Shown: positions 41,855-55,200 of the stretch, piece after piece | Layout: each line of letters starts with the position of its first letter | How positions within the stretch are numbered: position 1 is the first letter of the stretch | Assembly: GCA_951406725.2 (NCBI GenBank) | Contig: OX597828.1 | Location: forward strand, 10,416,001-10,480,000 | Source: Octopus vulgaris | Taxonomy: Eukaryota | DNA length: 64,000 nucleotides | Direction: 5' to 3' | The notes under the pieces: generated by a model | Database searches by the model: none | The model's input: only the letters and a program-made list of their open reading frames with translations | What the model was told of the DNA's origin: nothing | Program-made: the position numbers and the translations under genes

Positions 41855-42177
41855 TTTTACTTGTTTCAGTCATTTGACTGCGGCCATGCTGGAGCACTGT
41901 CTTTAGTCGAACAGATCGACACCAGGACTTATTATTTGTAAGCGTAGTACTTATTCTATCGTTCTATTTTGCCGAACCGCTAAGTTACGGGGACGTAAAT
42001 ACACCAGAATTGGTTGTCAAGTGATGTTGAGGTGACAAGCACAGATACACAAATTCTTACATACATACATACACATATATACGATGGGGTTCTTTCACTT
42101 TCCATCTACCAAATCCACTCGCAAGACATGGGTCAGCCCGAGGCTATAGTAGAAGACACTTTCCCAAAGTGCCACGA
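41855..42177 (-). mobile_element. SINE family A, 5'-truncated
   Basis: ttacttgtttcagtcatttgactgcggccatgctggagc...gaggctatagtagaagacactttcccaaagtgccacg. Confidence 0.9.
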
Positions 42178-42559
42178 TGTTTACTTTTCAAGATTCTTAC
42201 CATTTTACAATAAATGAGGAAGCTCCGTGAAATTTTTGGCGTTACTTCGGAATCTTCACAACTTACCAAAGACAATAACAAATGGAAAAAAAAAGAAAAC
42301 AAAAAAAATCAATGGTCGTTGCTTGTAATTCATCACAGCAAGCCTGAGGTATAAATCGAAAAATAAAAGTAACTCGAAGAAAATATTTGACCGAAGAAAG
42401 TTCGACTCTTTCACCATCTCGTATGTTTCTCTTATAATTGAACATCCATGTTTGAACATTTGCTTTATTATTTACATGTATGTTCAATCGCAAGGAAAAA
42501 AGAGAGAAGGAGAGAGAAAGAGAGTGAGAGAGATAGACAGACAGATAGATAGAGATAAA

Positions 42560-42790
42560 GGCGGTGAACTGGCAGAAACATTAGCACGCTGGGCGAAATA
42601 CTTAGCGCTATTTCGTCTGCCGTTACGTTCTAAGTTCAAATTCCGCCGAGATTGACTTTGCCATTCATGTTTTAGGGATCGATAAATTAAGTACCAGTTA
42701 TGCACTGGGGTCGATATAATCGACTTAATCCCTTTGTCTGTCCTTGTTTGTCCTCACTGTGTGTAGCCCCTTGTTGGCTGTAAAGACATA
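42560..42790 (+). mobile_element. SINE family B, full length
   Basis: ggcggtgaactggcagaaacattagcacgc...gatcgataaattaagtaccag...gccccttgttggc. Confidence 0.88.
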
Positions 42791-43331
42791 TGATAGACAA
42801 AGATACACTCGTAAATGACCGATGTATCATGTATCGGCAATGAAATACAAAGTTAACTCCCCCCAATGTTCAAAGGATGAATGTAAAGAGCAGAACCAAC
42901 TATCGTAAACCATTCTGCTAACGCATTACCTACGCACACACACGCACTCACCGACACGCAATCACACACTTGCACACACACACACACACACGCATGCATG
43001 TGTGTCCATGTGTGACTGTGTGTGCATGAATATATGAGTGCGTGTATGTGTTTATGTACGGGCACCTTGTATATTTATAGATGCATATATGCACAAACAC
43101 AGATGTGTATATAGATTATGTTATAATTGTTATGTCGAAAAGCAGGATTAGTTTCTCACGCCTAAAGCATTTGTCCGATTGAAGACACTCAACACCAGGA
43201 TTCATTGAATCTTAAATATTATAATTTCGTCTCAGCCATTAGGTATGGTGACATAACCGGCTTCCTCAAACAAACAAATATACATTGATCCACAAAAGAT
43301 TATAAGCATAAGTATATACTCACATGCATAT

Positions 43332-43980
<649 letters not shown>

Positions 43981-43983
43981 ATA

Positions 43984-45271
43984 TCAGGTCATCCCACAAG
44001 TTCTGTCCGATTTTACCTTTTTTAAAATTGAATGAAATTTAATAGCATTTTAGAATGTCTAATGGCATTAAAAAATAATTCTTATGCATTTTTGTACATT
44101 TAAACTAATTAAATATTGTTTTAGAGTATAATAGAATTAAAATTTCTTCGACTAAAACCCTTTCTAACATAGAAGTATCCAAAGAGCATTGAGGCACATA
44201 ATGCTTCATGACTACATAAAAGGAAATTGTGCAGCCGAAGCGACTTGAAACATACACTCAGTTTATGGGAAAGAATGTTTGAATGAAAGAACTTGCAGAA
44301 GATGGTTTGCAAAATTCCGAAGTGGAGATTTCACCCTTGAAGACGAAGATCGAACAGGACGTGCAGTTGGGTTTGCTGATAAGCTCCTTGAAGCATTACT
44401 TGAAGAAAAGCCTGCATTTTCAGTTGAAGAATTGGCAATATAGCTAGTTCAAACCATACAACTGTTCATCGTTATCTTCGACAACTTGAAATGCTTCCTA
44501 AACTTGGCGAATGGGTGCCTCATCAATTGTCCGAAACCAACCGCAAATCCTGAGTTGACATCTGCTCTTCTCTCCATTCTCGCGTACTCATTTCACCCTT
44601 TTTGTATAGACTTGTGACTGGTGACGAAAAATGGATCTTCTATCGAAATGTTAAATGTCGTAAACAGTGGCTTGGTAAAAGGGAAAAGTTCAACCAGGAC
44701 CCAAAAGGTAAATTCATGTGAAAAAGAGTCTTCTCTATATCTGGTGGGATTGCAAAGGAGTATTTCACCTTGAGTTGTTATAACCTAATACAACAATCAA
44801 TGCTCAAGTCTATTGTCAAAAATTAGAGCGTTTCAATCAAGCTTCGAAGAAAAAAGGAGCCACTTTAGTGAATCGAAAAGGAGTGATGTTTCATCAAGAC
44901 AATGCGCGACCCCACACTGCAAAGATCACATCACAGAAGATCGAAGGGCCTGGTTGGGAGAAAAATTCCTCATCCACCTTATTTTCCCGACCTTGCTCCT
45001 TCAGACTACCATTTGTTTCGCAGTTTACAAGATTATTTGGGGGACATAACTTTTGCAAGCTTAGAGGTGGTCGAAACTGACATTTCAGAGTTCTTCACTT
45101 TGATACCAACACAGTTTTACATTGATGGGATTAAAAAGCTTGTAAATAGATTGAAGGAAGTCATAGATACTCAGGAAAAAATACATTGATGATTATACTC
45201 CAATTAAATATAACATTTGATCACTTGTTTTCTTTATTCAAAATTCTGAGAGAACTTGTGTGATGACCTGA
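43984..45271 (+). mobile_element. Full-length (1288 bp) mariner transposon with disrupted DD34D-type transposase
   Basis: TIRs tcaggtcatcccacaagttctgtccgattt / aaattctgagagaacttgtgtgatgacctga, with TA on the left. Motifs RRWFAKFRSGDFTLEDEDRTGR, WVPHQL, VTGDEKW, FHQDNARPH and HPPYFPDLAPSDYHLF are present. Confidence 0.95.
44170..45195 (+). pseudogene. Mariner transposase pseudogene
   Basis: All mariner motifs are present but broken by stops and frameshifts; pieces appear in ORFs 44868-45080 and 44902-45189. Confidence 0.9.
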
Positions 45272-45320
45272 TTTATATATATACACACGCACAAACACTC
45301 ATACAAACACACACACACAC

Positions 45321-45432
<112 letters not shown>

Positions 45433-45436
45433 CATA

Positions 45437-46010
45437 TTAAGTGGCGATTGAAGGAAGGACACTAAATATAATATTTAGAGAATACATTGTTGTTTTGTTA
45501 CTTTTGTCTCCTCGAATAAATGTAGTAACATAATGTTGTCCATGTTCAGTCAAACTGAACGCAGATGGCATTGATAAAACCGGAAGTAGGCCGGAAGTAA
45601 AACGATTCTCTGTCATGACTATGTTATCTGAAGACTTTACATATGAAATTATATAACACTCTGTCATAGAGAGGAGACGAACGAGATAAGATAGAAAGAA
45701 GACGTGAAAAGGGGGAGTACAGAAGACAGACATACACATGAGAGATTGGTGGAGTGCCGTCAACGTACATGCATTTATACATTCAAATTTTCCTTCAAAA
45801 GCAAAATGTTTGTTCGAAACTTTCACCGCCCTTCGAAACTTGCGATTTCTTACAAATTCACGATGGGAACGGTGAGAAATGCTACTTGTTACAGGGCATG
45901 CAATTATCCACATGCCTGCCTTCACAATATATTCATTTATTGAACAGCTGGCGTAGATTGGCAAAAATAATGCAATATTTACAAGGACTGAAAAGATAGC
46001 GAACAGAAAT
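45437..46010 (-). CDS. Candidate coding exon within the longest ORF of the window; signal-anchor-like hydrophobic start, product unknown
   Basis: Strong acceptor ttttctctaaattgtgcatcatttttatctttcAG at 46012-46011, then 190 open codons (FLFAIFSVLVNIALFLPIYA...RKFRRAV...). An internal donor GTAAGA at 45853 is an alternative end. No recognised domain. Confidence 0.35.
45580..45598 (+). promoter_or_regulatory. Tandem ETS/GABP-type motifs
   Basis: CCGGAAGT at 45580-45587 and 45591-45598, 11 bp apart. Confidence 0.3.
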
Positions 46011-46528
46011 CTGAAAGATAAAAATGATGCACAATTTAGAGAAAAAAAGATGCTGCAGAAATTTGAAGTATCTACATACATCGTTTTCGACAGAGCTATA
46101 TTATTTTTGCCTCTCTCTGATATAATCTTTATTTCCGTAAACATACTCCTCTTCATCACCATACACTTCCTCTACCCCCTCTTCGTCCTCCTCTATCGTT
46201 TCTTGATATACATATGTGTGTATGTGTATGTGTGAGTGTATGTACTATATATGTATATATCAGTGTGGGCACATATTTATATATGTAAATATCAATATAC
46301 ATACATATACATACATGCATACATATACAAACAAGCACACACACATGTGTGTGTATGGAAAATAGACCTTTGGGGAAATTATTGCATGTATATTTAATTA
46401 GATATATATATATATATATATATATATAGATATATAGATAGATAGATAGATAGATACATAGATAGATAGATAGAGGTATATAGAATGATACCTGTATAAG
46501 TATGTGTTTATAAGTCTACCTGTATGCA

Positions 46529-46571
<43 letters not shown>

Positions 46572-48461
46572 TACACGCACACAAAGAAACACAAAATACA
46601 CAAAACAGGCAGACGACATTAGTTTGATATGATAAAAGTGGTTGTTAACGAGTATGTATTTATATCATATCCACATCGTCCAAATTTCAAATGCTTCAAT
46701 GGAACGATCGGCTTTGTAGCACTCAATGAAGGAAATTAAACCTAGAAATGTGTTCCAATTTTTAAGCTGGACATCATTTGGACAGGTGTTTGTGTATACA
46801 TAACTGATAGCTTAGGAATCCTATTTCCATTATGAATTTAGCACAGTATTTAATAGCAGGATCGAAGCATGGAGAATCGTCGACAGAGGAGAGATTCAGT
46901 AAATAATATGATACTAATGCTGGCATGCTTTCATGCAGCTGAAAATATTTAATAAGGTTTTCACATCGGTGATTTTATCACTTGATAGGATTTATAGAAA
47001 TGATGTCCTTTGCTTCTTCTCCTTCAGTGTCACTGTTACCAACAGAGTTTCTATGTTCAGAAATCATTTTATATATCCTACCAATCGTCTCCAAGTTAAT
47101 TCTACAACCCAACAGCGGGAATCATTCCTCTTAAGATATTCCACAAAAATTTTTGTTTACCGCTTTGCATTCACAAGTTTTGAGTGGGTTTGATGTTATG
47201 GTAGGTTGTATTTGCCTCAGAAGTGACAACTTGGTCTACACCTAACATATACATTTGTATCTGTACCCAAGTAAGAGGAAGGTACAGCATTAAATAATCA
47301 AAAATGTTTATTACTGTTGTTGTTTTTTTCGTATTTGTAATATAAAATACAATTAACCATATTACCAGTCTCTCACAATAGAAATTAGTCCCACAGTATG
47401 TGAGAGAGTCGGTTTGATTGATGATTTCGAACCAAATGCTTACGTTCTATTTGAGATGTGATTTCAAATATGATACAACCCACAATCTTGGGCCTTAAGA
47501 ATAAGTAATTAACTATATATTTTTATGGGGTCACATTTTGTCTTGTTTCACATATTTTGCATTTTTACTCCCGTGCTAAGTGCAAAAGTCGCTCCAACAT
47601 TCTACGGACCATATAAGCTTAGGCAAACTCTGAGTTTCCAGAAAATATATATACAAGAAGATAATTTGAATCTCTACTGTTACTGCCAATTTATCGTTTC
47701 CGACATGAGTGTCATGATCAACGACAGATCAGAATATTTACTTTGTAAGCAGAAATTGGAAATGATACTACTTTAAAATGTTTGTACGTTTATAGGAATG
47801 CCCTGATTGATGTGTTCATAGTGTCTCAGATAGTTTATACGCACTTAGTGAGTCATAGAGTGAATGAGCAGAATCACGTGCTGTGATCCAGTAGAAGCGA
47901 TTAGTGTAGTTTTGGATAATACAATATCCTACGGATGTCGCATTGAGATTTAGAAAGAAAAGTAAAGCAATTAATCACGAATTATTACAGCAAATGGAGA
48001 AAGCTTTATCAATGATAAGGAAATATATTAAAGAATAACATCAAAGTCGAGAAAAATGATCAAGTATTAAATCACAACAATCGCTCCAAGCGTAGTTGCG
48101 CCTCTCTCGCAACTAATTAGCTAACTGCATGGACAAATTTGCAACAAAGGGACACATAAGTACGTATTAATTTCCTATTGCCGTTAATGTTTCTTTGTGC
48201 CACGTGATGGTGCAATACTGCGGAAAAATTCCAAGAATAATGTGACCGATAATGATCACTGATGAAAGAATGTGTCCCACAGTGTACGCTTTACAAAATA
48301 ATGTGGTCTTAGAATATGATATAAATTTCTCAAGTATTACAAAGCAGTTGTTGATGCTCTCAATCACGTCTTAGAGTTTCCTTAGGTGACGAGCGTTTAC
48401 TAATGAAACCGAAACGATATTTGACTCGGAGTTATTTCGACTGATATACTAATAAATATTA

Positions 48462-48528
<67 letters not shown>

Positions 48529-49862
48529 CCAGCAATTTTCAGATGAATATAACAAATGTACATTTAGACTCCCATGAGACAGACAAACACCAGAATACTT
48601 ATATAATATACATATATATGTGTGTGTGTGTGAGTGTGTGCACACATGTGTGTGTGTGTGCATGTTTGTGTGTGAGAGTGTGTGTGTAAGAGTGTGTTGT
48701 GTGTTGTGTATGTGTGTCTACGTGTTCACCTTATCTGTCTGTCGGAGATATGAGTCCTTATAAAGTATCTCGATATCGTATGAGTATGTCTTTGGTTGTA
48801 TAGTTTTAACTTATTTAAAAGAATGTAGGATTCTTTTTTATCTTTCTTTTTTAAAAAAAAACCATTGCCCTAGATACCAATCTAACAAATATGCAATTTC
48901 AGGAATTCTACATTTGTAAAGTAAGAATAAATCCGATTGAAAATATTATGCCTCGCTGACAATAAACGTAAATCAATTATTCTTTGCTTCAATTTATACA
49001 CAAAAAATAAAATTCAAATGATATTACGTTCATGATGATATCTTAAAATGCAATCGAACATACACTTCCGGATATGTTAATACGATTACTATGTATGTAG
49101 CATTGAACAATATTTGACTAAGCAAAATATGGTGTTTATGTCTGGAATCTCTTTGAGTAATTACCCACTTATCTCTAGAAAATATTTTGCCTAATGTTCT
49201 TATATTACTCCTGATATTTACTTATATTTATAAATTTAGTAATATTTGCTGAAATTTGTGAAACACTTTGTTTTACATATTTTGTAACGCTAAAAAAAAT
49301 ATAATTACGTAAAATTAAACTGCCAGCAATGTGGAGAGAAGAGGAAAAAATATACGAACACGTGTGTGTACATGTGTGCGTGTGTATGATTCTGTGTGCA
49401 TGTGTGTGCTTGTGTGTGTGTGTGTGTGTGTGTTACGAAACTAATTACATAGCTGATGGTAACTTTTTAGCAAGTTACATATTTAGGAATTATATGATTA
49501 TAAACAAAAAATAGTTCGTACGCAATAACAAATATTCATGATTCATAGACGTGTGGTGATGATACACTGACACACATTTGCATATATATATGCATGTGTA
49601 TATATATATATATACACGTTCCCGGGTACCTATATATGTGTGTATGTATGTGTGCGTGCGTTTGTATTGGTTTATGTACATATTTACAATCACACAAACT
49701 AACAAACAGACATATATAGAAAGAGACTGACAAAGGAACAAAAAGACAAAACCTAAAGACAGATTTGTTGAACGATAGATAGACCAACATGTGTATTACT
49801 GTGATGATGCTTATGTATCAGTGTATATATGTTCGTGTGTGTGGGGGGGCAGAGTGTGTGTG

Positions 49863-50365
<503 letters not shown>

Positions 50366-50536
50366 TCAGACGAATATGGTACATAAGTTCCGGCACGAAA
50401 ATTTAGTACGGTGTTTTCCATAGAATTTCAAAATAAGATGATTAAAATCAAAATAAGCAACAACGATATCCAGAGCTAATGCAGTACGATCGTTTCAAGC
50501 AAATCCATTTAATTGAACAATGTAACCATTACATCA

Positions 50537-50789
50537 GTTTGAGCAATCCTCAGCTGCATAAAGACATAGAATTTAACTAAATTAAAATAGATGGACACAT
50601 TAGCATAATTTTACCTAAAATATCAAGAAGGTTAGGAGCTAGACAAAGTATCGCCAAAGCTGAAGAGAAAGTTGCATGTCCTTTGTCTATCTTCTTACAT
50701 TTTTGAGATTTTAGGTAAAATTATACTAATGTGTACATCTGTTTTAATTTAATTTAATTAAATTATATGTCATTATGAGATTGACAAAC
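50537..50789. repeat. Fold-back element with ~100-bp imperfect arms and a 32-nt loop
   Basis: aaattaaaatagatggacacattagcataattttacctaaaatatcaa..tagacaaag is inverted as ctttgtcta..ttgagattttaggtaaaattatactaatgtgtacatctgttttaattt. Confidence 0.85.
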
Positions 50790-51019
50790 TTACATAACAA
50801 GAAGGAGTACGGTTGGACGTATATTATTTCTGTGAGGAGGACTGCCTGTGTGCAAAGATTGCTTGGTACGTGAATAAATACTTTATCACTTTCTCGAATA
50901 TTGCTTTATCTAGGAGGATCTATTTTGCCATGTGCATTATGTGGATCATGATATGTCTTGCGTGGAAGCTTATTCCTTTGGCGCCATCTGTAATGTCATC
51001 AGGTGCCCACTTCCCTCTA

Positions 51020-51650
51020 CTGCTCGCGCAATACAGTCGATGGAAGTTCTACAGTAGAAATATATAGGAAATTAGTGGAGGGTGTGAGCACTAACATTCT
51101 CAAGGAAACTCTAGGCGTCAATGTGGATTCGCTAGCTGGTCTGTTTTGGAGGGCTTTCGGGCCCGGTACATGCATGGATAACTTATAGAGATACCTGTAC
51201 TGACAATGCTACCGAGAAGCACTGCCAGTTCTTGATAAATTCTACAGGCATGAAGCGCTGTCAAGCGGACTGAGTTGTACGCAGAACCACGAAAACGCTC
51301 TGCACGAAGTCGTGCAGTGTCCAAGTTTTTCTGAGTTTTAGAGTTATGTCAAGCAGCCGTTATTGCGTGTGGTATGAATACGACTGAGGATCGCCACTCT
51401 ACCCACATTTAACAAGGCTGGACATGTGGTGATCCTCTGTCTCATGGCTATGAGGAAAAAGTTTGTGAAATGAATGAGGTTGAAAGGTTTGAGGAAATAT
51501 ACCTTTCTCATATGTCGAGCCCTCATCGAATTTTTGAAGCTCCACTTGGAAAGGAAAATTATGATTCAGAAGCAATTGCTACCTCACAGTGATTTTACGA
51601 GTAGAATAACGACTATGGCAAAACTGGTTACTGTGAATAGCTTTGATCCA
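51020..51650 (+). mobile_element. Tx1/L1-clade LINE ORF2 C-terminal fragment (zf-RVT-like region)
   Basis: CYREALPVLDKFYRH...C...ENALHEVVQCP then MRLKG...LIEFLKLHLERK resembles the zinc-binding C-terminus of Tx1/L1 ORF2; multiple stops. Confidence 0.7.
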
Positions 51651-52246
51651 AAGCGACATCTGTACATTGAAGGGCAACAGTTGGGAAAGGTCCCGTAACT
51701 TTGGTAAGCAGAGTAATCAATGATTGCTTTATTGGTCCAAGCTGGCGTTTCTGTTGTGTGAGGAGGACTGCTTCATTCATGTTATCACTTTCTTTGTATA
51801 TTACGCATACTTTTATCGCATTTCACTCTCTGCTCTATCCAGTCATGTATGCTTCAGTGCTTAAAAATAGAAATCATTTATGGGTTTGGTGGGTGTTTGT
51901 GAAACGACGTATTTACGGATGTTGTCCTACTTGGGCAAAACCTAGCACCTAACCGCATTTTACCATGGCTTATCTCCACAATAGGCGAATTTGTAGCTGG
52001 CGTACTTTCCATCTGTGTAGGTGTGCTATAAATTTTATCAGTACAGTCTTTTAGTTTCACTTTCTTTTTCATTCGTACTTCTTCCTTTCCCTCCCTTCTT
52101 TCTTTCTGTCTTTCTTTCTGCTCCTCCGTTTTCTTTCTCCCAGCCATACTAACCACTGTTGGCCGCTAACGATTTTCTTTAATTTCAATTAATATTCCTT
52201 ACACATTTTAATTTTGATTTTTACCATTATCACTAGTATAGTTTTT

Positions 52247-52266
52247 CTTGTTGTTGTTATTATTAT

Positions 52267-52303
<37 letters not shown>

Positions 52304-52326
52304 AGTAGCAGCAACAGCACCAGCAC

Positions 52327-52384
<58 letters not shown>
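52247..52384. repeat. Compound trinucleotide repeat (GTT/TAT/TAG/CAG)
   Basis: Seen directly; source of the poly-Ser and poly-Leu ORFs. Confidence 0.95.
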
Positions 52385-52385
<1 letters not shown>

Positions 52386-52519
52386 TTTCTACTGATATTA
52401 AAGTATTTGTCTTAGGTGTGACACGGAGTCTTCGTTCCGTTTTCCCTTCTATTATTTTCTCCTCCTTCATTCACGTCTCTCTTCCTTCTACTTCTACTGT
52501 ATTCTCGACCACCATCTCC

Positions 52520-52705
52520 ATATTGATTTCAAATTTTGGCACAGGGAGAGCAATTTCGGAAGAAGGATTATGTCGATTACATCAACTCCAGTGTTCGACT
52601 GCTGCTTATTTTATCGACCTCGAAATGATTAAAGGCAAAGTAGAACTCGGCAGAATTTGAACTCAGAACATAAAGATGGACGAAATGCCGTTAAGCATTT
52701 TGTCC
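52520..52705 (-). mobile_element. SINE family B-related copy with variant tail
   Basis: ttattttatcgacctcgaaatgattaaaggcaaagtagaactcggcagaatttgaactcagaac..gacgaaatgccgttaagcatttt. Confidence 0.8.
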
Positions 52706-52885
52706 TAACTTGTTTACTGTTGTATATAAAACCGCCGTCTTCATGTTGTACTATGGCCAAGTAACGCCGATGCATGTAATGAGCAACGTTTGTTCGCATA
52801 ACTAGGGATTATGCGCATGTACGGGCTGTATAATATTATACAAAGGATTAACTCCAGTATTCGTTAGATATATATATATATATAT

Positions 52886-53090
52886 AAATGGTAAGAGATC
52901 AAAAGAATGAAAGAAACCTCGATATTATGCAAATAGAGGAATTTATCTGTAAATGTAATATGTGACAATTATTCGGTATACATAATAAAACTCCGAGTTT
53001 CGGATGTCGGGCTGGAAATCCACGCCGCCATCTTTTCAGTTATCCGGCCATCGATGGCCGGATAATTGTCACTTATTACATTTACAGATA
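52886..53090 (-). mobile_element. (TA)n-flanked ~205-bp element with inverted repeat, perfect palindrome and minimal type I hammerhead-like motif
   Basis: Inverted repeat 52944-52976 / 53058-53090 and a 26-bp perfect palindrome at 53040-53065. Minus strand reads GATAA-CTGAAAA-stem II-GAAA-CTCGGAG-TT-TTATT. Confidence 0.65.
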
Positions 53091-53129
53091 TATATACATA
53101 TATATATATCGCTAACTACATTTATTTTC

Positions 53130-53425
53130 TCGAGAGAAATACTGTATGGAGCGGGGCTAGCCTCCGGCAGGCGTATTTGTGGACGATCCGTTTCAATGAT
53201 GTGTGCAAACGTGACGTAAAGACCATGAGTATGAATACCAAAACCTGGGAGAACATGGCAAAATACCATTCTTGCTGGAGACAGAGGCTAAGTACGCCCT
53301 GATGGAAGAAGATCGCATATATCAGATTGCAGAGGACAGACGTAGATACAAGAAGGCTGAACTATCGACAAACGACCAACTGACCAACCACATTTGCGGC
53401 CGTTGCAGCCGTGACTGCCAAAGAA
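53130..53425 (+). mobile_element. RTE-clade LINE ORF C-terminal fragment
   Basis: EILYG..ASGRR..GR, RFNDVCKRDVK...WENMA...WR and HICGRCSRDC zinc-knuckle-like end, typical of RTE ORF C-termini. Confidence 0.8.
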
Positions 53426-53439
53426 ACACGCGCGCGCGC

Positions 53440-53648
53440 CCCTGTCTGTCTGTTTGTCCACCATCACAGTTTGACAACTAGTGTTCGTGTGTTTATGTTC
53501 CCGTAACTTAGTGGTTCGGCAAAAATGCGCGATAGAATAGGTTCCAGGCTCGACAAAGTATGTACTTGGGTCGACTTATTTGACTAAAAATTCTTCGATG
53601 TGGTGCTCCAACATGGTCGCAGTTAAATGACTAAAACAATTAAAAAAG
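53440..53648 (+). mobile_element. SINE family A, 3' half
   Basis: tgtttgtcc..ttgacaac..ccgtaacttagtggttcggcaaaa..ggtgctccaacatggtcgcagttaaatgact. Confidence 0.82.
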
Positions 53649-53803
53649 GTAAAACATACACCAATAAAGATGATGGGTCAATAGTATCAAAACCTAATAA
53701 AAACCGCGAAACTATTAGTAAACGTTTTGGTGGTTTGAGGAGTTGGATAACGATTATCGGAATGATGTATTTAATAAAACATTTGCGAGAATTGTTTGGT
53801 TTA

Positions 53804-54228
53804 GGCGTAGGAGTGACTGTGTGGTAAGTAGCTTGCTTACAAACCACATGATTCCGGGTTCAGTCCCACTGCATAGCATATTGGGCAAGTGTCTTCTACT
53901 ATAGCCTCGGGTCAACCGAAGCCTTGTGAGTGGATTTGGCAGACGGAAACTGAAAGAAGCCCGTCGTATATATGTAAATACATATAAATATATATATATA
54001 TATATATGTATGTGTGTCTGTGTTTGTCCCCCCCCCCCCAACATCGCTTGACAACCGATGCTGGTGTGTTTACGTCTCCGTAACTTAGCGGTTCGGTAAA
54101 AGACACCGATAGAATATAAATTAAGCTTAAAAAGAATAGGTCCCGGGGTCGATTTGCTCGACTAAAGGTGGTGCTCCAGCATGGCCACAGTCAAATGACT
54201 GAAACAAGTAAAAGAGTAAAAAGAGAGA
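53804..54228 (+). mobile_element. SINE family A, full length
   Basis: ggcgtaggagtgactgtgtggtaag (A-box), gggttcagtccc (B-box), ttgggcaagtg core-like motif, internal microsatellite and (gtaaaaga)n tail. Confidence 0.93.
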
Positions 54229-54982
54229 GTTTAAAATGTTGAATGTCCCTGGATGCACAGAGAGTACCACAAGGGATTCTTTTCGATCGTCTTATATTGA
54301 CTTCATTCTTGATGACCTGTATTTCTTATAATATCGTAGATGTCTTAGTACCAGCGTATCTATCAAAACAGATGATATACAAGGTTTGTATATACAATAG
54401 GTATTTATTAATTATTCAGTCCCAGGAATTAGCATTCCAATGAAGTTTCTCTACTGCTTTGAAAAATACTTAAAAGGAATATCCTGGAATCGCTTTTGAA
54501 ACGATTATTTTGTCATGTGATTCTGAATAAAAGAGACACTCTCAAGGAATTATATCGTATCTCGAAAAAAAAAAAACGGGAAAAAACATTCGACAGAGAT
54601 GCGTTTTGATGCATAGTTCATCTTTGAAAAGTAGTTCCGAGCTAATTTTCATATGCCTTCTTGCTTTAAGCAGAAACCATTAATTTATATGAAGTGAACA
54701 TAAAAAAATAAACAAAATGCCATATATATGGCATAAATATGGTTTAGAATTCAGGAAAGCAAAAACTATGGATATAAAATTAGTTCGTTAATTGAAAAGC
54801 CATTTTTATTGCACGCATTGTATTTCATAATGTATATGGGTCTGTGTCTGTGCGTGTATCTGTGTGTGTGTATGTGTGTGCAGTTTGGGCTTCCTACATT
54901 TGTCTACCTGTTTCTTAATAAACAGCTGCCGTATATACCTATCTGCCTCTCCCTCATTGTTTTATACGTTATCTGTGTCTGC

Positions 54983-55200
<218 letters not shown>

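Noticed and set aside
52189-52660. Poly-Ser and poly-Leu ORFs
   Set aside because: Produced by a (TAG)n compound microsatellite plus a SINE fragment.
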